Positions 59,429-64,000 of a stretch of DNA of 64,000 nucleotides are shown here, piece by piece. Numbering within the stretch: position 1 is the first letter of the stretch; each line of letters begins with the position of its first letter. The stretch is from a virus. Below the pieces are notes generated by a model, which made no database searches, was not told the DNA's origin, and saw only the letters and a list, made by a program, of their open reading frames with translations. Position numbers and translations under genes: made by a program. The DNA lies in IMG/VR virus record IMGVR_UViG_3300008108_000016, positions 93,808 through 157,807 of that record; one strand, given 5' to 3'.

Positions 59429-59857
59429 TTATTTCAAACTATTTATTCTATCTCTTAACTCAATACATCTTTCATAATCCTGATTTTTAATTGATTCATT
59501 CAATTCCTTATTTAAAGACTCCAATTCTTCTTTGTTTGATTCCAACTTTTTGATCTTGTCTCTTAATTCACAAGCCTTTTCAAATTCTTGATGATCAATC
59601 AAATTATCAAGTCTTAATTTAAGATCTGATATCTCATCACGTTTATTTGGTGGTTTTGAATTTCTGGTTATGATTGTATACGAATAAAGTCCGTCATCAC
59701 TCCTAAAACTTCTTCTTTCCCAATCACTATTCTCATCTTCTCCTGACTCAATTCTTTCCTTATTATTGGTGAAGGAATTATTAATACCCTCAAAAAGACC
59801 ATCAAAAGAATTAAATTCTCTAAACAAACGATTAAGATTGTAAAAATTTCTAAACAT
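59429..59857 (-). CDS. Protein with two tandem UvrB/UvrC (UVR) motifs
   Basis: LIDHQEFEKACELRDKIKKL and SIKNQDYERCIELRDRINSL. Confidence 0.8.
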   Translation of the reverse strand: MFRNFYNLNRLFREFNSFDGLFEGINNSFTNNKERIESGEDENSDWERRSFRSDDGLYSYTIITRNSKPPNKRDEISDLKLRLDNLIDHQEFEKACELRDKIKKLESNKEELESLNKELNESIKNQDYERCIELRDRINSLK

Positions 59858-59922
59858 ATTTTTTTTATTTAAGGTTTATTTTTAACCTCCTTTTTACTAA
59901 AGATATGCTAAAATAAAATTAA

Positions 59923-59966
59923 TGACAAAATGTCATATTTTTGTTAATTTATATGACATTTTGTCA
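59923..59966. promoter_or_regulatory. Dyad operator-like element
   Basis: TGACAAAATGTCATAT-12 nt-ATATGACATTTTGTCA; each arm contains TGACA-N3-TGTCA. Confidence 0.65.
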
Positions 59967-60018
59967 AAATATAGACTTTTATTTATTCATTGATTAGATT
60001 TTTAAAAAATTAGAAAAA

Positions 60019-62079
60019 ATGATAGAAAATATGGATAATGATGACAAAGGTAAAAAAGGTTCTGACAAGAATACTCCCGTTCTTGATAATTTTAGTCGCG
60101 ATTTAAATAAGCTTGCTGAAGAAGGTAAATTAGATCCTGTTGTTGGTAGAGAAAAAGAAATTATGAGGATCGCACAAATATTATCAAGAAGAAAGAAAAA
60201 CAATCCAATTATTGTTGGTGAACCAGGTTGTGGTAAAACAGCAATTGTTGAGGGTCTTGCAATGAAAATTTATGAGGGTGATTGTCCAAAAAATTTATCA
60301 GATAAAAGAATCGTTTCTTTGGATATGAACTCAATTGTTGCTGGAACAAAATATAGAGGTCAGTTTGAGGAAAGAATGAAAGTAATTATTGAGGAATTAC
60401 AGAACAATCCTAACATAATTGTTTTTATTGATGAGATTCACACAATTGTTGGTGCTGGTAGTTCTTCAGGATCATTAGATGCATCAAACATATTCAAACC
60501 AGCCCTTGCAAGGGGTGAGATCCAATGTGTGGGGGCAACAACTCTTGATGAGTATCGTAAGAACTTTGAAAAGGATGGAGCCTTGGAAAGAAGATTCCAA
60601 AAGATCATTGTTGATCCTTCAACAAAAGAAGAGACATTAACAATTCTAAAGAATTCAAAACCAAAATATGAATCCCATCACAAAGTTTTTTATACCGATG
60701 AGATTTTAAATTTATGTGTTGAGTTGGCAGACAGATATATAACAGATAGGGAATTCCCTGATAAAGCTTTTGATATATTAGATGAGGTTGGCGCCAGATC
60801 TCAAGTAGATTTAAAATTACCTGAAAACATTGAGAAATTAAAATATGAGTTATCTCTTATTAAGGTTGAAAAATTGGATGTTATTAAAAAACAAAAATAT
60901 GAGTTGGCGGCAGATTTAAGGGATAAAGAAAGGAAGATTCTAACAAAATTAGATGAAGAGAAAAAGAAGTTTGAGGATCAATTACAACAAAGTAAAAGAG
61001 AAATATCTGAAGAACTTGTTTATGAAGTTGTGTCAAATATGACAAAAATCCCTGTTAATAAAATTACGATAGATGAAACAAAGTCTTTGGTCAATTTGGA
61101 ACAAACATTAAATGATATTGTTATCGGACAAGAAGATGCGGTTAAAAAGATCTCAAAATCAATTAGGAGAAACCGTGTCGGCATTAAAGATCCAAATAGA
61201 CCGATTGGTTCATTTATATTTTTGGGATCAACTGGTGTAGGAAAAACGTTCTTAGCAAAAAAATTGGCAAAAGAAATATTCGGAAATGAAGAAAATTTGA
61301 TAAGAGTTGATATGTCTGAGTTTCAGGAGAAACACACAATATCAAGATTAATCGGATCCCCTCCAGGGTATGTTGGTCATGAAGAAGGTGGTCAATTAAC
61401 AGAACAAGTTAAGAACAAACCATATTCGGTTATTTTATTTGATGAGATTGAAAAGGCAAATAAGGACATATTTGCAACCCTCCTTCAAATGTTAGATGAT
61501 GGTCATATGACAGATGGTTTGGGAAGAAAAATTAATTTCAAAAATTGTTTGATTATCATGACATCAAATATTGGAGTTAAAAAACTACAGGATTTTGGTA
61601 ATGGAGTTGGTTTTAAATCAAACAACAATAGTGAGGCAATTAAAGAAGAATATAAAAGAGATATTCTTAAGAAAGAATTAAGTAAGTTTTTTGCTCCCGA
61701 ATTCTTAAATAGAATTGATGATGTGATCATATTTAATTCTCTTAAAAAAGAACATATTGATAAAATTGTTAAACTTGAAATTGATAAGTTAATTGGTAGA
61801 TTAAAATCAATGAAATATAACATCTCCTACGAGTCTTCGGTTATTGATTTAATATCTGAAGTAGGATTTGATGAACAATATGGTGCAAGACCAATTAAAA
61901 GAGCAATACAAGATAAAATTGAGGATCTTATTTCAGAAAAAATATTACTTGACGAAATTAAAGAGGGTCAAGAACATATGTTATATGTTAAGGTTGAGGG
62001 TGAAAATAAAATTATTGATATTGAAAATAGATCATTAGAACAACCGAAGAAAAAAGGGAGAAAGAAAAAGGAGGTTTAA
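60019..62079 (+). CDS. clpC: ClpC-like AAA+ unfoldase lacking the N-terminal domain
   Basis: [16 protein letters not shown] and [15 protein letters not shown]; UVR M-domain [11 protein letters not shown]; VGF ClpP-docking loop. Confidence 0.9.
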   Translation: MIENMDNDDKGKKGSDKNTPVLDNFSRDLNKLAEEGKLDPVVGREKEIMRIAQILSRRKKNNPIIVGEPGCGKTAIVEGLAMKIYEGDCPKNLSDKRIVSLDMNSIVAGTKYRGQFEERMKVIIEELQNNPNIIVFIDEIHTIVGAGSSSGSLDASNIFKPALARGEIQCVGATTLDEYRKNFEKDGALERRFQKIIVDPSTKEETLTILKNSKPKYESHHKVFYTDEILNLCVELADRYITDREFPDKAFDILDEVGARSQVDLKLPENIEKLKYELSLIKVEKLDVIKKQKYELAADLRDKERKILTKLDEEKKKFEDQLQQSKREISEELVYEVVSNMTKIPVNKITIDETKSLVNLEQTLNDIVIGQEDAVKKISKSIRRNRVGIKDPNRPIGSFIFLGSTGVGKTFLAKKLAKEIFGNEENLIRVDMSEFQEKHTISRLIGSPPGYVGHEEGGQLTEQVKNKPYSVILFDEIEKANKDIFATLLQMLDDGHMTDGLGRKINFKNCLIIMTSNIGVKKLQDFGNGVGFKSNNNSEAIKEEYKRDILKKELSKFFAPEFLNRIDDVIIFNSLKKEHIDKIVKLEIDKLIGRLKSMKYNISYESSVIDLISEVGFDEQYGARPIKRAIQDKIEDLISEKILLDEIKEGQEHMLYVKVEGENKIIDIENRSLEQPKKKGRKKKEV

Positions 62080-62092
62080 TAACCTCCTTTTT
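62065..62092. terminator. Bidirectional intrinsic terminator
   Basis: AAAAAGGAGGTT-TAAT-AACCTCCTTTTT between convergent genes. Confidence 0.85.
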
Positions 62093-62877
62093 TAATGTTT
62101 AGTATAACCAAGTTCTTCAATCATTAGTTTACCCACTTTAATACCATTATAAACATCGTCAACAACAACATATTCATTTTCGGTATGATATCTATAATAT
62201 CCAATTGAGATATTGAAGCAAGATATTTTAAATTTTTGTCTGATCGGATAAATGTCAGTATATGGGTGTCTATGGTATCTTGTATCTTTAGGGAAATGTT
62301 CATTGATCAATCTACCACCAACCTCAAAGAAATCACTTTTACGGTCAAACATATTAACTCCCATCAAAAATTCTGAAATCATATTGTTTTCAGGAGCATC
62401 AAACTGAATAGCATAACCAACATTATCAAAGAATTTAGGATCGGCATTTGAGGATCCCTTACAACCAGTTTCCTCCGAAACAAAAAATGCCGCCTTAACA
62501 TTAGGAAGTTCTTTAAGTAGTTCCAAACAAGCATAAACACCACACTTATCATCACCACCAATACCTGTAGGGTTCCCATCGTTATTATACGCCTTCAAAG
62601 ATAATTTAACATTACCTTGAGCATCTGGTAACATCTCTTCTCTAACATTAATAGAATCAATGGTATGAACCGTGTCCGTATGAGCAATTACACAAGGAAA
62701 ATGATCAACATTTTCATCCGTTTGTTTGGTTGCATAAATATTATAAAGTAGATCAACATAATACGGAATGTTGTTTTCATCCAACCAATCACATATAAAT
62801 TGAATCATTAAATCTTCGTGATACGTTTTTGTCGGAACCGACAAAACTTCTTTCAATAATTGATAATTTCTTTCCAT
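62092..62877 (-). CDS. M28/M20 family zinc peptidase
   Basis: AHTDTVH, GGDDKCG, SEETG, YH; TACATTTG -7 element 4 nt upstream. Confidence 0.85.
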   Translation of the reverse strand: MERNYQLLKEVLSVPTKTYHEDLMIQFICDWLDENNIPYYVDLLYNIYATKQTDENVDHFPCVIAHTDTVHTIDSINVREEMLPDAQGNVKLSLKAYNNDGNPTGIGGDDKCGVYACLELLKELPNVKAAFFVSEETGCKGSSNADPKFFDNVGYAIQFDAPENNMISEFLMGVNMFDRKSDFFEVGGRLINEHFPKDTRYHRHPYTDIYPIRQKFKISCFNISIGYYRYHTENEYVVVDDVYNGIKVGKLMIEELGYTKH

Positions 62878-62895
62878 ACCACAAATGTATGAAAA

Positions 62896-63978
62896 TTAAA
62901 TCAATTTTAAAAACTTTTTTATATTTTTTTTATTTTCTATGAATAATTCATATTGACTCTCAAATCTAATGAATTCATCATAAGTTAAGGATCTTTTAGT
63001 GGTAGAATTAGTTATGTTATTAACAATTTCTATTAACAATTTATTTGTTTTGGGATCCACACTTTTAACTCTGAAGTATAGATTTTTATTTCTTTGTAAA
63101 TTAATCCATTTATCAAAACCATATTTGTTAGCAACAAAACGAATAATACTATAATATTCCTCAACATCATTATACTCTTCAGAATCATATAGTGATTCCA
63201 AAATGTTATCAAAATATCTTGTTATTTGACTATTAAAATATTCATTATCAAAATTATGACATCCAGTATTATAGTATGACTCATTATACATACCATAATT
63301 TTGTTTAGTGTACTTATTAACTATAGAGTGTAATAAGTCCTTCAATGTAGATTCTTCACTACTCCCATTTATAGTTTGAAACAACTTAATTAGTATGTTT
63401 ACAGAAGTAACATATTTGTACATTGAGGATACTTCTCTAATTCCAAAATATTTAAATCTATTCCCTAACTCACTTTCAACCTCTTCCCTACAAGACTGTA
63501 GTTTACATTCATGCTCAATGGTAGCATATTCACCATATACCCAATCAGATTCGTTTGGGAAGTGTTCATAAAAATATTTTGATTTTTGGCGCCAATCTTT
63601 ATTAATTAAATCTTTATTAGTTATATCAACAATCGTATTTAATTTATTTTTGTTATCATTATTTAAAAAATATTCATACAACCACCCTTCGCTCCAAGCT
63701 TCCTCCACATCATATGTGCCATAATCCGCATCCCAATAAGAATCTTCAAACCTCCTTATCCAATATCTATCATCATCATCAAGTTCAAATAAATCAAAAA
63801 AATCATCATCATTATCAAACGTAATAGTTACTTTACTTAAACCCGGATTTTTTTCATTAAAATTAATATGATCTAAAAGATCATCATAACGACTCACATA
63901 CCAACCAGGATTAAACCCCTTTTTAATTGACAATAATAGTTCGTAAATTGGACTATAATCAAGATCTTCGTTTTCCAT
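62896..63978 (-). CDS. Hypothetical acidic/aromatic protein
   Basis: Long ORF, TATTTAT upstream. Confidence 0.6.
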   Translation of the reverse strand: MENEDLDYSPIYELLLSIKKGFNPGWYVSRYDDLLDHINFNEKNPGLSKVTITFDNDDDFFDLFELDDDDRYWIRRFEDSYWDADYGTYDVEEAWSEGWLYEYFLNNDNKNKLNTIVDITNKDLINKDWRQKSKYFYEHFPNESDWVYGEYATIEHECKLQSCREEVESELGNRFKYFGIREVSSMYKYVTSVNILIKLFQTINGSSEESTLKDLLHSIVNKYTKQNYGMYNESYYNTGCHNFDNEYFNSQITRYFDNILESLYDSEEYNDVEEYYSIIRFVANKYGFDKWINLQRNKNLYFRVKSVDPKTNKLLIEIVNNITNSTTKRSLTYDEFIRFESQYELFIENKKNIKKFLKLI

Positions 63979-64000
63979 ACTAAAATAAATATATGTTATA

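Noticed and set aside
1-64000. tRNA, rRNA or structured ncRNA genes
   Set aside because: Intergenic gaps are short and AT-rich and no cloverleaf or T-loop motif was recognised by eye; a covariance-model scan would be needed to exclude them.

Overview
AT-rich (about 30% GC by eye), densely coding segment of a T4-like jumbo phage genome read in the standard bacterial code. The host is almost certainly a Bacteroidota bacterium: the window has a perfect TTTG-N19-TAnnTTTG promoter, A-rich starts without Shine-Dalgarno sequences, a Flavobacterium-type bS21 and a T9SS-cargo-like protein. From left to right it holds: (1) a minus-strand fibre operon interleaved with sulfotransferases and glycosyltransferases (1-10.2 kb); (2) putative head-internal proteins and a free-standing homing endonuclease; (3) a roughly 17 kb glycan-biosynthesis region with dUTPase, exonuclease and PhoH; (4) a gp55-like late sigma factor and baseplate genes; (5) the head module (major capsid, scaffold, prohead protease, portal, terminase) with ribosomal protein bS21 embedded antisense; (6) a nucleotidyltransferase, KTSC protein, double-UVR protein, ClpC-like ATPase and M28 peptidase. 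The top finding is a glycosyltransferase gene (14068-15315) interrupted by an in-frame GGC-TGA-GGT (Gly-stop-Gly) inside a 12-bp hairpin, 70 bp downstream of a homing endonuclease gene. This is a candidate minimal stop-hopping (translational bypass) plus homing endonuclease cassette paralleling T4 mobA/gene 60. Other leads are a shared amphipathic leader that may target proteins to the capsid, a late-promoter motif TATTTATA (reverse complement of the T4 one), a virion glycosylation/sulfation system, and an N-domain-less ClpC with a divergent double-UVR partner sharing a dyad operator. All family assignments come from motif recognition by eye; no searches were run.
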